Part shown: in pieces, positions 41,960 through 52,298 of the stretch
Layout of the letters: each line of letters starts with the position of its first letter
Numbering within the stretch: position 1 is the stretch's first letter
Assembly: GCA_965208575.1 (NCBI GenBank)
Contig: CBDBOV010000003.1
Coordinates: 608,001 to 672,000 of the forward strand
Origin: Spirochaetia bacterium
GTDB lineage: Bacteria; Spirochaetota; Spirochaetia; SZUA-6; Bin103
Direction of reading: 5' to 3'
DNA length: 64,000 nucleotides
Made by a program: the position numbers and the translations under genes
The notes under the pieces: model-generated
Databases searched by the model: none
What the model was told of the DNA's origin: nothing
What the model saw: the letters and a program-made list of their open reading frames with translations, nothing else

Positions 41960-44765
41960 ATGCAGACTGCGGCGGTCAGGTCTCGTCCGTTGCTCGCCGG
42001 CGCGGCCGCCAAGCGCCGCGTCGCGTCGCGGGCGTCGCGCTGCTGCTCGTCATCCTGGTGCCGTTCGCGGCGCTGAACCGGCTCCCAAGCTGGATACGGT
42101 GCGCGAGGACCTGCGCGCCGCGCTCGCCCCCACCGCGCAGTGTTTTCAGGGGTTCTGCATCGAAGATCCCGAGCGGGCGGGCGAACGGAGTGGCTTCCTC
42201 GACCGTTGGTGGCGATTCTCCGTGACCTACCTGCAGCTCGTTGCCGTCGGGATGTTGTTTGCGTTTGCCGCCGCCGCCATTGCCGAGGCGTTCCTGGTCT
42301 CCGACCTGTCGGTGCGTGCAGGCCCCGCTACCGCTACCGCGGCCGCTGGACGCGGGCGTTGGCGGCGCATCCTGAAGGGCGTCGGTCTCGGCCCGGTGCT
42401 CAACCTCTGCTCGGCATGCGTCGCTCCGGTGTCCAGCACGCTGCGCCGCGGCGGCATGGGAGTCGAGGGCGCGCTCGCCCTGGTGCACGGATCGGCCACG
42501 ATGAACGTGCCGTCGCTGCTGATGATCGCCGTGGTGTTCACCCCGCTGCTCGGTGCGAGCCGGCTCGTTCTCGGGCTGGTCGCAGCGTTCTCGCTGGGGC
42601 CCCTGGTCGCGTGGGCGGTGCGCCTGCGCGGCGCGCGCCTCGACCACCGCGCGGGCGCCGAGCTCGCCTGTGCGGTGCCGGCCGTGGCAGCGGAGACGGC
42701 GACCTGGTTGGAGGTGCTGCGCACCGGCGGCGCGCACTGGCTGCGCTCGTTCGTCCGCCTGGTGCGGCGCATGTTGCCGCTCATGATCGTGGCCGGCTTC
42801 GCCAGCGGCGCGGCGATCCAGGCGTTGCAGCCACAGACCGTTACCGCCTTCCTCGGCGACAGCCTGCTGGGGGTCCTCGTCGCGGCGACGCTCGGGGTGC
42901 TGATCAACGTGCCGTTGCTGTTCGAGATCCCGCTCGTCGCGCTGCTGCTGATCCTCGGCGCCGGTACGGCGCCGGCCGCGGCGCTGCTGTTCGCCGCCGC
43001 CGCCGCGGGGCCGGTCACCTTCCTCGCGCTTGCCAAGGCCCTCGGGCGCCGCGGCGTCGCCGTCTACGCGGGCGGCACCTGGGCGATCGCCGTGCTCGGG
43101 GGATGCGCGGTGCTGCTGGTGGGGGCGCTGCTGGGGCCGGAGCGGGCGGCGCTGCGACTCGACGGTGGTCCGGCTACGGACGCCACCGGCCACGTCGGCG
43201 CCGTGCCCAACGCCATCGTGCTGGCCACCTGCGCCGGTGAGCCGGCGCTGTGCCCGGAGCAGAGCGGACTCCGTTGGCCGCACACGCCCACCATCCATGG
43301 GCACTCGGTGACCAGTGCCGGGGGCGCCGTCGGCGACTTCGACCGGGACGGTTGGCAGGACCTGTTCGTGCCGTCGGGCGGCACCTCGCCCGACCGGCTG
43401 TACATGAACAACGGCGACGGCACGTTCACGGACCGCGCCGCCGAGGCCGGAATCGCGGCCCGCCATCACGGCTACGGCGCGGCCGTCGGCGACGTGGACG
43501 GCGATGGCTGGCTCGACATCTTCGTCATCAGCTACGGCAGCGTGGACCAGCGCTTCACCATGCCCGGCAACCACCGCCTGTACCGCAACAACGGCGACGG
43601 CACGTTCACCGACATCGCCGCCCGCGCGGGGGTGGCGACCACCAGCCTCAAGCAGCCGACCGGCACCGGGGCCAGCTTCGGCGACTACGACCTCGACGGC
43701 GACCTGGACCTGGCCGTGGCCTCGTGGTTCTACGGCGAGGGGGGCAACGCGCTGTTCCGGAACAACGGCGACGGGACGTTCGAGAACGTGACCTCACTGC
43801 TGCCATTCGGTGGCAAGCGTGCCCCGATGGGGTATACGCCGCTGTTCGCCGACATGGACGGCGACCGCTATCCCGAGTTGCTGTGGGCCGCCGACTACTT
43901 CACCAGCAGCTACCTGCGCAACGACGGCGGTGGCGGCTTCACCGACATCACCGCGCAATCCGGGACCGGGCTGGACGCCAACGGCATGGGCGCAGCGGCA
44001 GCCGATCTCGACAACGACGGCAGGCTCGACTGGTTCGTGACCTCGATCAGCACACGGTATGCGGTCGACAAGGCGCCGGGTACCGGGAACTTCCTGTACC
44101 GCAACCAGGGCGGCCATCGCTACGAGTCGGTCGGCGACCGCGCGGGGGTCAAGGAGGGCGGCTGGGGATGGGGTGCCGTCGCGGTGGACCTGGACCACGA
44201 CGGCTGGCTCGACCTGGTGCAGACCAACGGCTGGGAGGGGCCCAACGGCCGCGACGATCCCGAGTGGGCGTCCGAGACGACCAGGGTGTTCCGCAACCTC
44301 ACCGCCGCCTCGTCTGAACTGACCTTCGCCGACGTCGCCGAACAAGCGGGCCTCGTGCACCGCGGGCAGGGCCGGGGAGTGGTTCACCTCGACTATGACA
44401 ATGACGGCGACCAGGACCTGGTCATCTTCAACAACGCGGAACTACCTACGCTGGTGCGCAACGAGCTCGACCCGGGCAGCGACGGCGCCGGGCACTGGCT
44501 GCGCGTGTTTCTGGACACCGCAGCGCGTGCAGACCTGGCGCCCGACGGTTTCGGCAGCCTGGTCGCGGTGCGCGCCGGCGATCTTCGCCAAGTGCGCTAC
44601 GTCGGCGCGGCGGCCGGCTACCTCGGTCCGTCCGAGCTGTCGGCCCACTTCGGTCTCGGCGCCGCGCCGGTGGTGGACGAGCTGCAGGTGCACTGGGCCG
44701 ACGGCAGCACCTCCACCTACCACCAGGTGCCCACCAACCGCACCCTCACCATCACGGCCCGTTGA
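41960..44765 (+). pseudogene. Permease-FG-GAP/ASPIC fusion, copy 2, 5' frameshifts; 888-aa ORF remains from 42099
   Basis: Versus copy 1: +5 bp near 42021-42030 and -1 bp at about 42085; the rest is open. Confidence 0.8.
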
Positions 44766-45031
44766 TGCGTCCAACGGCGGCACCCGCTGCGCGAACTCAT
44801 CTCGCGGCGCTCCATCACCAACCGGAGGAGCGGCGCAATCTGCGGATCGGCCTCCTGATCAGAGAGCTCCGCCTCGAGAAAGGCATGACGCAGGACCAGC
44901 TCGCGCGGGAGATTCGCACCACCAAGAGTGCAATCTCCAGACTCGAGAATCACTCCGAGAGCATTACGCTTGCGACGCTCGAGAAGGTGGCCCACGCGCT
45001 CGGGAAAGTGGTCCACATCGAGCTGTCATAA
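44765..45031 (+). CDS. XRE/HigA-like HTH antitoxin with a chimeric N-terminus
   Basis: IGLLIRELRLEKGMTQDQLA...KSAISRLEN...LATLEKVAHALG; first ~20 codons come from the flank shared with copy 3; TGATG coupling. Confidence 0.65.
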   Translation: MRPTAAPAARTHLAALHHQPEERRNLRIGLLIRELRLEKGMTQDQLAREIRTTKSAISRLENHSESITLATLEKVAHALGKVVHIELS

Positions 45032-45468
45032 TCCACGCCTGCACGAATCCTCCACCGCGACCACCGCGGTGTGAGCCCTTCGTCGACCACGCCCTCCCCG
45101 CTGCCGATCTTCGGCGCCTGCCCGACACTGTGGCGCGGCCGGCCGTTTTGCCCCACTCGCCGACGTGCGAATGAATCGACCGCAGATGTCTTCACGCTCG
45201 ATCACCGCGGCGCCTGCATCATTCAGTTCGCCACCCCCGCGCCGACCCATGCGTGGGCGGCCGACCGGCAGCCCCGCGGTGTCACGCCGGATGCCCGTCG
45301 GCCGCTCCGGAGGCGCGCCCGGAACGCGCGAATAGCTAACAGCACGCCGATCAGACTGCCATTCACCCCGCCTCATGTGCCCATTGCCGCGTCCTGTCCC
45401 CGCCGCCACCCCCTCAATGGCGAATCCTGCGGACCGCCGGGAAGAGCCAATGGGCGATTCTCAGGTGT

Positions 45469-45800
45469 TCAGGAAGTTCCGCTTCCGGAATACGCCTGTG
45501 CTGTCGGTGCCGCCTCTCGCAGTACCACCACTTCCTTACTGAGGCGTCCCTTCAGTCGTGCTCTCTCTACCTCGAGCACGTAGCGCGTTTGCAGGTTAAG
45601 CCAGAAGCGCTCGGTCGTGCCAAAATAGCGCGCAAGCCGCAGCGCGGTATCAGCCGTGATCGCCCGCTTGCCATGCACGATCTCGTTGATCCGCCGAGGG
45701 GGAACGCTGATGTCCTTTGCAAGCCGATACTGGCTGAGTTCCATCGGCTCCAGAAACTCCTGTAGCAGGATCTCGCCAGGGTGAATCGGGGGTGGGCCTT
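45469..45800 (-). pseudogene. higA: Orphan HigA antitoxin, native start missing
   Basis: PPIHPGEILLQEFLEPMELSQYRLAKDISVPPRRINEIVHGKRAITADTALRLARYFG; no start codon before HPGE and no higB. Confidence 0.8.
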
Positions 45801-45831
45801 CCTTGCCGGAGGAATACGCCGACGAGTCCGG

Positions 45832-47319
45832 TCAGTCTTCGCGGGAAAAGTAGCGTTCGATCGCGTGATCGATCGGCCAGAGATCCAGCAGTTCGAGGGA
45901 TTCGCGCAACGAGATGATCGTGTAGAACGGCGGCTCCCGGTCGTATCGGTGAAGGATCTCTTCTACGTGCGATCGGTCGATGCGAGCCGCCGGGCGCTCG
46001 GTCAGGTTGGCGACGTGGAGGGCGATCCGCGCGTTGACCGCCGCCGCCTCCGTGAGGCCCGGGATGCACACCTTGTCGATGTGATCGGTGTCGAGGTGAT
46101 AGGAAGCGAAGTCCCCCCTCTTCGCCTCGGTCGACGTCAGGTGGACCGTCGGGACGCCCTTGAATCCGAACGGTGTGCTGTCCAGGCCCCACCAGCCGGG
46201 ATGGGCGGTCGTGACCCGGAAAGGAGGCGGAGGCTCGCCACCGATCCGGACGCTCTCCGCGACCTGCTCCATGGTTCCGCGGAGTTCGTCGCGACCCTGT
46301 ATTTCGATGCCGGACGGTCGACCTCCGAGACAGTCGTTGTTGATCATCAGCACGAGGTCGCCCAGCTCCCGCTCGTGGCGATGCACATAGGCCATGGAGC
46401 CGACGAGACCGGGCTCCTCCACGCCGAACAGGACGATCTTGACGTCGCGTCGAAGATGCGATGCGAACGTGCTCAGCCCCCGCGCGGCCTCGAGCACGGT
46501 CGCCACCCCCGCCGCATTGTCGATGGCGCCCGAAGCAACGTGATGACAGTCGTAGTGCGCGCCGATGACGAGGTGCTCGTTGCCGGTCGCTTCCGCCCCT
46601 TCGCCCCGGGCGGTCACTTCTCCGACGACGTTCCAGGAGTCCTTGCGTTCGATCCGGCTGTCCAGCAGCAGGCGAAACCGCAGCGCCCCCCTGCGCCGTG
46701 CGACACGCTGAAGCCATGCGCCGTCTTCGTAGGTGATCGATGCCACCGGTACGCCGCCGACGCGCCCGAACGCGCACGTTCCCGCGGGCAGGTGCTGTCC
46801 GGGGCTGTGGTGCCAGCCGATGAAACCCAGCGCCCCGTATCGCGCCGCAAGCTCGGTCTTCATTTGGCGTGGGATGCTGTGCGCAACTCCGTCCACGTAC
46901 GTCGAGTCGTAAAGCGACACGACGAACCGGCCACGGATCTGCTCCCGGTGCTGCTCGAAGTCGGCGGGGTCGCCGCGCTCGAGGATGACGGCCTCACCCA
47001 CCTGACCGTCGGGGGGCGTGGACGGCGACAGCACGGCGCAGCGGCACTGAATCGTCCGGTCCACGGGGGCGCAGAGCGTCAGCTCCTCCCGGACCGGCGT
47101 CCATGCCCGGTGTTGGAACGGTTCCGCCCGGACCTGATGAAGTCCATAGCGCTTCAGGGTGTCGCACAGAAAGTCACGGGCCCGCACCTCGTTCGCGGTG
47201 CCCGGCTGCCGCGTGCCGATATCGTCGGCGAGTACCTGCAGGTTCTCGAAGGCTTCGGAGCGCGCCTCGATCTCCTCGACGAGCTGGCGCTCCGCCGCGT
47301 GTCGGGACGATGGCTTCAT
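45832..47319 (-). CDS. M28-family metallopeptidase with PA domain
   Basis: IGTRQPGTANE, IGAHYD, GAIDNAAG, FGVEEPGLVGS, YHLDTDH; start estimated at ATG 47319. Confidence 0.85.
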   Translation of the reverse strand: MKPSSRHAAERQLVEEIEARSEAFENLQVLADDIGTRQPGTANEVRARDFLCDTLKRYGLHQVRAEPFQHRAWTPVREELTLCAPVDRTIQCRCAVLSPSTPPDGQVGEAVILERGDPADFEQHREQIRGRFVVSLYDSTYVDGVAHSIPRQMKTELAARYGALGFIGWHHSPGQHLPAGTCAFGRVGGVPVASITYEDGAWLQRVARRRGALRFRLLLDSRIERKDSWNVVGEVTARGEGAEATGNEHLVIGAHYDCHHVASGAIDNAAGVATVLEAARGLSTFASHLRRDVKIVLFGVEEPGLVGSMAYVHRHERELGDLVLMINNDCLGGRPSGIEIQGRDELRGTMEQVAESVRIGGEPPPPFRVTTAHPGWWGLDSTPFGFKGVPTVHLTSTEAKRGDFASYHLDTDHIDKVCIPGLTEAAAVNARIALHVANLTERPAARIDRSHVEEILHRYDREPPFYTIISLRESLELLDLWPIDHAIERYFSRED

Positions 47320-47880
47320 CCGGTGATCTCTCCCACGTCTTCCCAGGCACCGCTCTCCCACGAGCCGGCCTTGGCAGCACTGACTCTCCGGCAAATCGCG
47401 CAACCGGCGGATCTGGACGAACGAAATTCGACCAGGACCGATGAAGCAAGTGATCAGGTGATAGGAAGAGTAATCGAGAACCGAACGGGCGTAAAGCAAG
47501 TGATGTGCAACCGCTTCGGTGGTCGACCCGGGCATGGGCGCCGGTAGGACGGGCGACAGCAGGCTCGTCTGGTCCCGCAGGCCAGCGTCCATCGCCCTCG
47601 GGTTGTCGGTGACCTTCGCTCCCCCCGGTGACCCCTGGTGACCCCCACGAGTCGTTGACAGGGTGGTCGCGTCCATAGCAAGCTCGCGTCACTTGGGGTC
47701 CGACGGATCGCTGATGAAACGCCGCGACGACAGTCAGCGCAGTGACCCGTTCGCTGTGACGCGACCGGTGCATCCCCGTCGGGTAGAGCGCTGGTGCGCG
47801 CACCCGTAGGTGGAGGGTTTCCAGCCCCGCCCTTTCGGTAGCGAGGTGGGTTCACAGTTGAGCGCCAAGGAGAACTGATT

Positions 47881-48144
47881 ATGGAACTTGCCTTGCACGA
47901 AGCGGAAACATGCCTCTCCGATCTCGTCATCGCCGTCCAGAGTGGCGAACGGGTCGTCATAACGAGGAACGGAGAACCAACCGTGGAGCTGGTCCGCTGC
48001 CGCGCGAAGCGAGGCGGTATCGACTTCGACAAGCTTGACGCGGATCGCCGCGGGCTCGGAATCAAGGGGGACGAAGAGAGGTGGCCTAAGGAATTCGACG
48101 ATCCGGCCTTCAGCCGCGCCGTGTTGGGACTCGACGACGAATAG
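47881..48144 (+). CDS. Phd/YefM-family antitoxin
   Basis: AAGGAG RBS; HEAETCLSDLV...GERVVITRNGEPTVELV. Confidence 0.85.
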   Translation: MELALHEAETCLSDLVIAVQSGERVVITRNGEPTVELVRCRAKRGGIDFDKLDADRRGLGIKGDEERWPKEFDDPAFSRAVLGLDDE

Positions 48145-48154
48145 GCTGACGGCC

Positions 48155-48550
48155 ATGCGTGTTCTTCTCGATACGTCCTACCTTTACGATCTGATGGAAA
48201 CGAGCGGCAAGTTTTCCGACAACGAACGCCGTTTCTTCGCCGAGCAAAAAGCTGAGCTCTTCGTGAGCGCCGTGTCCATCTGGGAGATGCGTCTGAAGTA
48301 CCGCGCCCGTCATCCGTCCGGCAAACGCAAGAGTCCCTTCAATCCCAATTCGGTGGTCGCCATGGTCGAACGACAGGACGTGACTTGCTTGCCGATGACC
48401 ATGCAACACGCCGCGAGTGAACTCGAAGTCGCTATCGCGCACAAAGACCCGTTCGACGAACTCCTCCTTGTGCAGGCCCAGGAAGAAGGTCTCAAGTTTC
48501 TCACCGCGGACCGGCAGCTTATCGGACACCCGCTGGCAATCACTGCGTAA
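48155..48550 (+). CDS. vapC: VapC-family PIN toxin
   Basis: MRVLLDTS...VSAVSIWEM...HKDPFDELLLVQA...LTADR. Confidence 0.9.
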   Translation: MRVLLDTSYLYDLMETSGKFSDNERRFFAEQKAELFVSAVSIWEMRLKYRARHPSGKRKSPFNPNSVVAMVERQDVTCLPMTMQHAASELEVAIAHKDPFDELLLVQAQEEGLKFLTADRQLIGHPLAITA

Positions 48551-48678
48551 CATGACGATCACCCTTGACGCCGGCCGGGCGCCAAGCCGGCCCCGGCATG
48601 CTGGACGGGGGCCCACGAACGGATGACGCGTGTCAGTGGATGCCGGCTTCTGGGCCTGGGAAGTGGTTTCACCGAGGT

Positions 48679-48708
48679 CTCGCCGGAGCTCGCCGGAGCT
48701 CGCCGGAG
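48679..48708. repeat. (CTCGCCGGAG)x3
   Basis: Read directly, at the junction before the ASPIC fragment. Confidence 0.8.
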
Positions 48709-48741
48709 TTCTCTCCGGGCAGTTCGCGTCGGTGGTCGCGT

Positions 48742-49029
48742 GGCGCGAACTTCCTTCGGGTTCAGCTGCGTGGCCTGCCGCCCAACACCGAAGCGGTGGG
48801 AGCGCGTATCACCGTGACGACGACTGGCGCCGGCGACGCACGGGTGCGTATGCGTGAGCTCACGCTGGGCAGCAACTACCTGTCGCAGAACCCGCTGGTG
48901 CAGGTGTTCGGTCTGGGCGGCCAAACCGAGTGCGACGTCGAGGTCGAATGGCCCGACGGCCGGCGAACGCGGCTGGCGCAGGTAGCGGTCGGGGAGACGC
49001 TGCTGGTCACGCATCCGGCCCTGCCCTGA
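48742..49029 (+). pseudogene. Isolated ASPIC/UnbV C-terminal fragment of a different CRTAC1-like paralogue
   Basis: NFLRVQLRG...NTEAVGARITV...GSNYLSQN...VFGLG...VEWPDG; not a nucleotide copy of the three fusion genes. Confidence 0.75.
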
Positions 49030-49271
49030 GCGGTAACCTCTGCGCTGATCTCGTGTGAGTCAGCCTCGAAAGCCTTGTGAACGCCGGCGCCTTCGCCGTC
49101 CAAACAGGCGCGCGTGCACGTCGGCATGCGTGGGCACGCCTGCTCTCTTCCTACGACTAAGTCCACGAAACCGACACGAAGAAACACGAAGGAATCCCAG
49201 GAGGGAACACCGTAGACGTAGGGTGGGCGTGTCTACCCCTCTTCGTTAGACTGCGAGGCCAGCAGAATCCA

Positions 49272-50453
49272 ATGATTGACCGTGCCATTGAAGACCTGAT
49301 GACCTTGCTCCCAATCGAAGGCCCGCCGGCAGGTGAAGGTCGCGTTGCCGAGCATCTGCGTGGCGCACTCATTGAGATCGGTGTTCCCGAGGCGGACATC
49401 CACGTCGACCAGGCGCAGGAGCAGAGCGAGTACGGAGGCGATACGGGCAATCTGATTGTCCGGATGGATGGCAATCGAGGCGGGCAGCGGCTGATGTTCA
49501 GCACGCATATGGATACGGTGCCTGATGCGGTTGGCTGCATTCCTCGTCTCGATCGGGAAAATAACCGCATTGTCAATGATGCCGAAGGCAGGGCGCTTGG
49601 AGGTGACAATCGGACCTCCTGCGCAGTGCTGCTTCACCTGGCCCGGGCTCTCGTCGAGAAGGGGGGAGACCATCAACCGATCACGCTGGTCTTCTTTATC
49701 CAAGAGGAAGTTGGGCTCGTCGGGGCCAGAGGGATGGATCTTTCGATGCTTGGCGATTCCCTGCCCGAGATGTGCTTCAATCTGGACGGCGGTCGGTCGG
49801 ATGTGGGAGTGACGGCCGTGATCGGCACCGAGCGCTTTACGATCGAGGTAACTGGAATCGCGTCACATGCGGGGCAGCCGGGCGGCGGCGTGTCAGCGGC
49901 CATCATCGCGGCGCAGGCGCTCGCCGAGATCGAGCAGGGAGGATGGCAGAGCGTGATCGATCAGCCGGATGGGAAAGGGTCGGCGAACGTGGGTATCGTG
50001 CGAGGTGGCCAGGGAACGAACGTGGTGATGCCTTCGATGCATATCCTGGCGGAGGCCCGATCACACGATCCAGCGTTTCGGAAGAAGATCATCGCTACGT
50101 GGAAGGCGGCTTTCGTGAGGTCCGCTGAGAGCGTTCATAACGAACGGGGCGAGAACGGGACAGTCGCGTTCGGACCTGGCCCGACCTACGAGGCGTTCGC
50201 TCTCAATGATGATGCCCCCGTGGTTCAACGCTATCTGAGTGGAGTGAAGGCCTGCGGGATGGATCCGAAGACCGTAAGCAACGACGGCGGGATGGATGCG
50301 AACTGGATTGTCACGCACGGGATTCCGACAGTGACATTCGGGGCGGGACAGCGAGATGTACATACGTCGGATGAGTGGATTGCCTTGGAGGACTTTGCGG
50401 CGGCATGTCGTCTTGTAACACAGCTTTCCGAACAGATCCCTCAAACGGATTAA
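49272..50453 (+). CDS. M20/M25/M40 metallopeptidase (PepT-like)
   Basis: FSTHMDTV, LGGDNR, QEEVGLVGA, GGMDAN, VHTSDE. Confidence 0.88.
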   Translation: MIDRAIEDLMTLLPIEGPPAGEGRVAEHLRGALIEIGVPEADIHVDQAQEQSEYGGDTGNLIVRMDGNRGGQRLMFSTHMDTVPDAVGCIPRLDRENNRIVNDAEGRALGGDNRTSCAVLLHLARALVEKGGDHQPITLVFFIQEEVGLVGARGMDLSMLGDSLPEMCFNLDGGRSDVGVTAVIGTERFTIEVTGIASHAGQPGGGVSAAIIAAQALAEIEQGGWQSVIDQPDGKGSANVGIVRGGQGTNVVMPSMHILAEARSHDPAFRKKIIATWKAAFVRSAESVHNERGENGTVAFGPGPTYEAFALNDDAPVVQRYLSGVKACGMDPKTVSNDGGMDANWIVTHGIPTVTFGAGQRDVHTSDEWIALEDFAAACRLVTQLSEQIPQTD

Positions 50454-50512
50454 CTCGGACGTTTTGACGACCTGCTCCGCACGGTGCGGCGGGATGAAGA
50501 TGACACCATCAT
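50425..50512 (-). pseudogene. RraA/HMG-aldolase-like C-terminal fragment
   Basis: DGVIFIPPHRAEQVVKTSELIRLRDLFG. Confidence 0.5.
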
Positions 50513-50599
50513 CTGGAAAGGAGATACTATTGATCGCTAATATACCTGCTTCAGGTATAGGACCTATCGGGCATACGCCCTTATTAATTGGAGGAAACA

Positions 50600-50980
50600 A
50601 TGCCACTGCGGGAGAATAAGTTAAAGCAAAGTTGAAAAGAGGTGAGGTTATCATCGAAACATTGACGAAGAGCCGCGGACCATACGTGGCGGAGGCTTTT
50701 GCAAAGGCCGGTGTGGACTACTTGGATATGGACGCTGAGCATACAAATTTTGACATGAAAGAGCTAGTGGAGACCGTCCATTATGCTCATCTGGCTGGGG
50801 TATCACACCTATGGTACGCCTTCCTGCCTTGGAGCAACATTTCATCACTAGATTGCTGGATAACGGTTGTCAATGTCTGATCCTACCAAGTATCAGGACC
50901 GGAGCGGAAGCCCGGCGGTTCATAGAGTTTGCCAAGTTCCACCCGGAAGGAAAGCGTGCGTTTGGCATGTACGGGGTACG
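50600..50980 (+). pseudogene. HpcH/HpaI aldolase, frameshifted and truncated, low GC
   Basis: GGAGG RBS, MPLRENKLK / KLKRGEVII...DAEH / PMVRLP in three frames. Confidence 0.8.
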
Positions 50981-51093
50981 TGATTTACCGGCAGCGTGCG
51001 CTCAGTTCGGATTTATGGTTTCTGGAGCGTGCAGCGCGAAATGCGGTCGATGAGATCGCAGCTTGGCGCGATCGATGAGGTGAGTGAGCACCG

Positions 51094-52062
51094 CTATGTG
51101 TTTAACGCCGGGCTGTAGTACTCAGGTTTCGATCTTACTTCTTTAATGAAATCGGCCACTATCTTTTCGAAATCCGCATACACTGGCCTCCACCCCCATT
51201 CCTCACGAGCCCGGCGATCATCGAAGTTATCGAGACTGCGGTAATAATCCATCACCCATGGGTCCGGCTTATAGGTAAATTGAGCTTCCGGAATGAACTT
51301 CTTTATAGTCAGTTCTACCTCCCTGGCCGGTAGTGATGGGAACACCCCTACAATGTTATAGCAGACGGTCTCTATTTGCTCCTTGGGTGCATCATACAGC
51401 ATTTGTGTGGCCCGCATGGCATCTTCATAGTACAGGACAGGAAGTTTGGTGTCTTCGCTGACAGGACACTCGGCCGGCCTGCCCAGGGCCGCACTTTGAA
51501 TCATCCAGGAAATATATTGCAGCTCCTTACTGATCCTGACACTGGGACCAAAGATGTTGGGGTATCGTATGCAGCGAAAGTCAAGGTCAAAGGTGTTCCG
51601 ATAGTATCTGCCAATAAGCTCACCATATAGCTTCGTTACACCGTACGCGCTAGCAGGCCGTTGTAGTGTCTCATCGGTGATAGTTTCAGTAGGTATTCCC
51701 AGACTATAGGTCATCATACTGCTGGTAAACACCACCCGCTTTACCCCGAACAGTCGCGCCGCCTCCAGGACATGCATTATTCCGGCGACATTCCCTTCAC
51801 AAACGATCCAGGGGCGTAGCGGGAAGCTAGGTATCGTGCCAAGGTGAAATACGCCTTCTACGTTGTTTTCCTTGACAACATTCAACACTTCAGGCCAGAT
51901 CTTCTGGTCTCCCTGGACAACCTTTACGTTGTTCTTGATATCCGCGACGCCCTCTATTCGCGGAGCGATGTCAAACAATATGACGTCCTCGCCCCTCTCT
52001 ACCAGTCTATGTGCCAGGCCAGTACCAACCCAACCTGTTCCGCCGGTAATAAGTATAGACAT
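51094..52062 (-). CDS. NAD-dependent epimerase/dehydratase, copy 2
   Basis: Near-identical to 32990-33958 with a handful of substitutions. Confidence 0.88.
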   Translation of the reverse strand: MSILITGGTGWVGTGLAHRLVERGEDVILFDIAPRIEGVADIKNNVKVVQGDQKIWPEVLNVVKENNVEGVFHLGTIPSFPLRPWIVCEGNVAGIMHVLEAARLFGVKRVVFTSSMMTYSLGIPTETITDETLQRPASAYGVTKLYGELIGRYYRNTFDLDFRCIRYPNIFGPSVRISKELQYISWMIQSAALGRPAECPVSEDTKLPVLYYEDAMRATQMLYDAPKEQIETVCYNIVGVFPSLPAREVELTIKKFIPEAQFTYKPDPWVMDYYRSLDNFDDRRAREEWGWRPVYADFEKIVADFIKEVRSKPEYYSPALNT

Positions 52063-52216
52063 CCTTCTCTGCTTCCTTATGTGATCGTCCTCCATGTAAG
52101 GAACAAATGTCAACCCCGCAGTACGCTTTTTCGAACGATTATGCGCACCGTCAACTGAAGCTCGTACGCTCTCATGGCAGATACCTGGCTGTGATCACGC
52201 GGCGTGCGGAGATGAG

Positions 52217-52270
52217 AGGGGAGCCGGGATAGCGGTCGGCCCTGCAGGCCGACTATCCCCCGACTCCCCT
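52217..52270 (-). terminator. Stem-loop downstream of SBP copy C, followed by a 13-bp dppB start stub (52163-52175)
   Basis: GGGGAGCCGGGATAG...CTATCCCCGACTCCCC. Confidence 0.55.
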
Positions 52271-52298
52271 AAGTCACGATTGACTAGCGATAACTGAG

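Noticed and set aside
47320-47676. 119-aa N-terminal extension of the M28 peptidase
   Set aside because: Compositionally patchy with short repeats and no recognisable domain; more likely junction debris.
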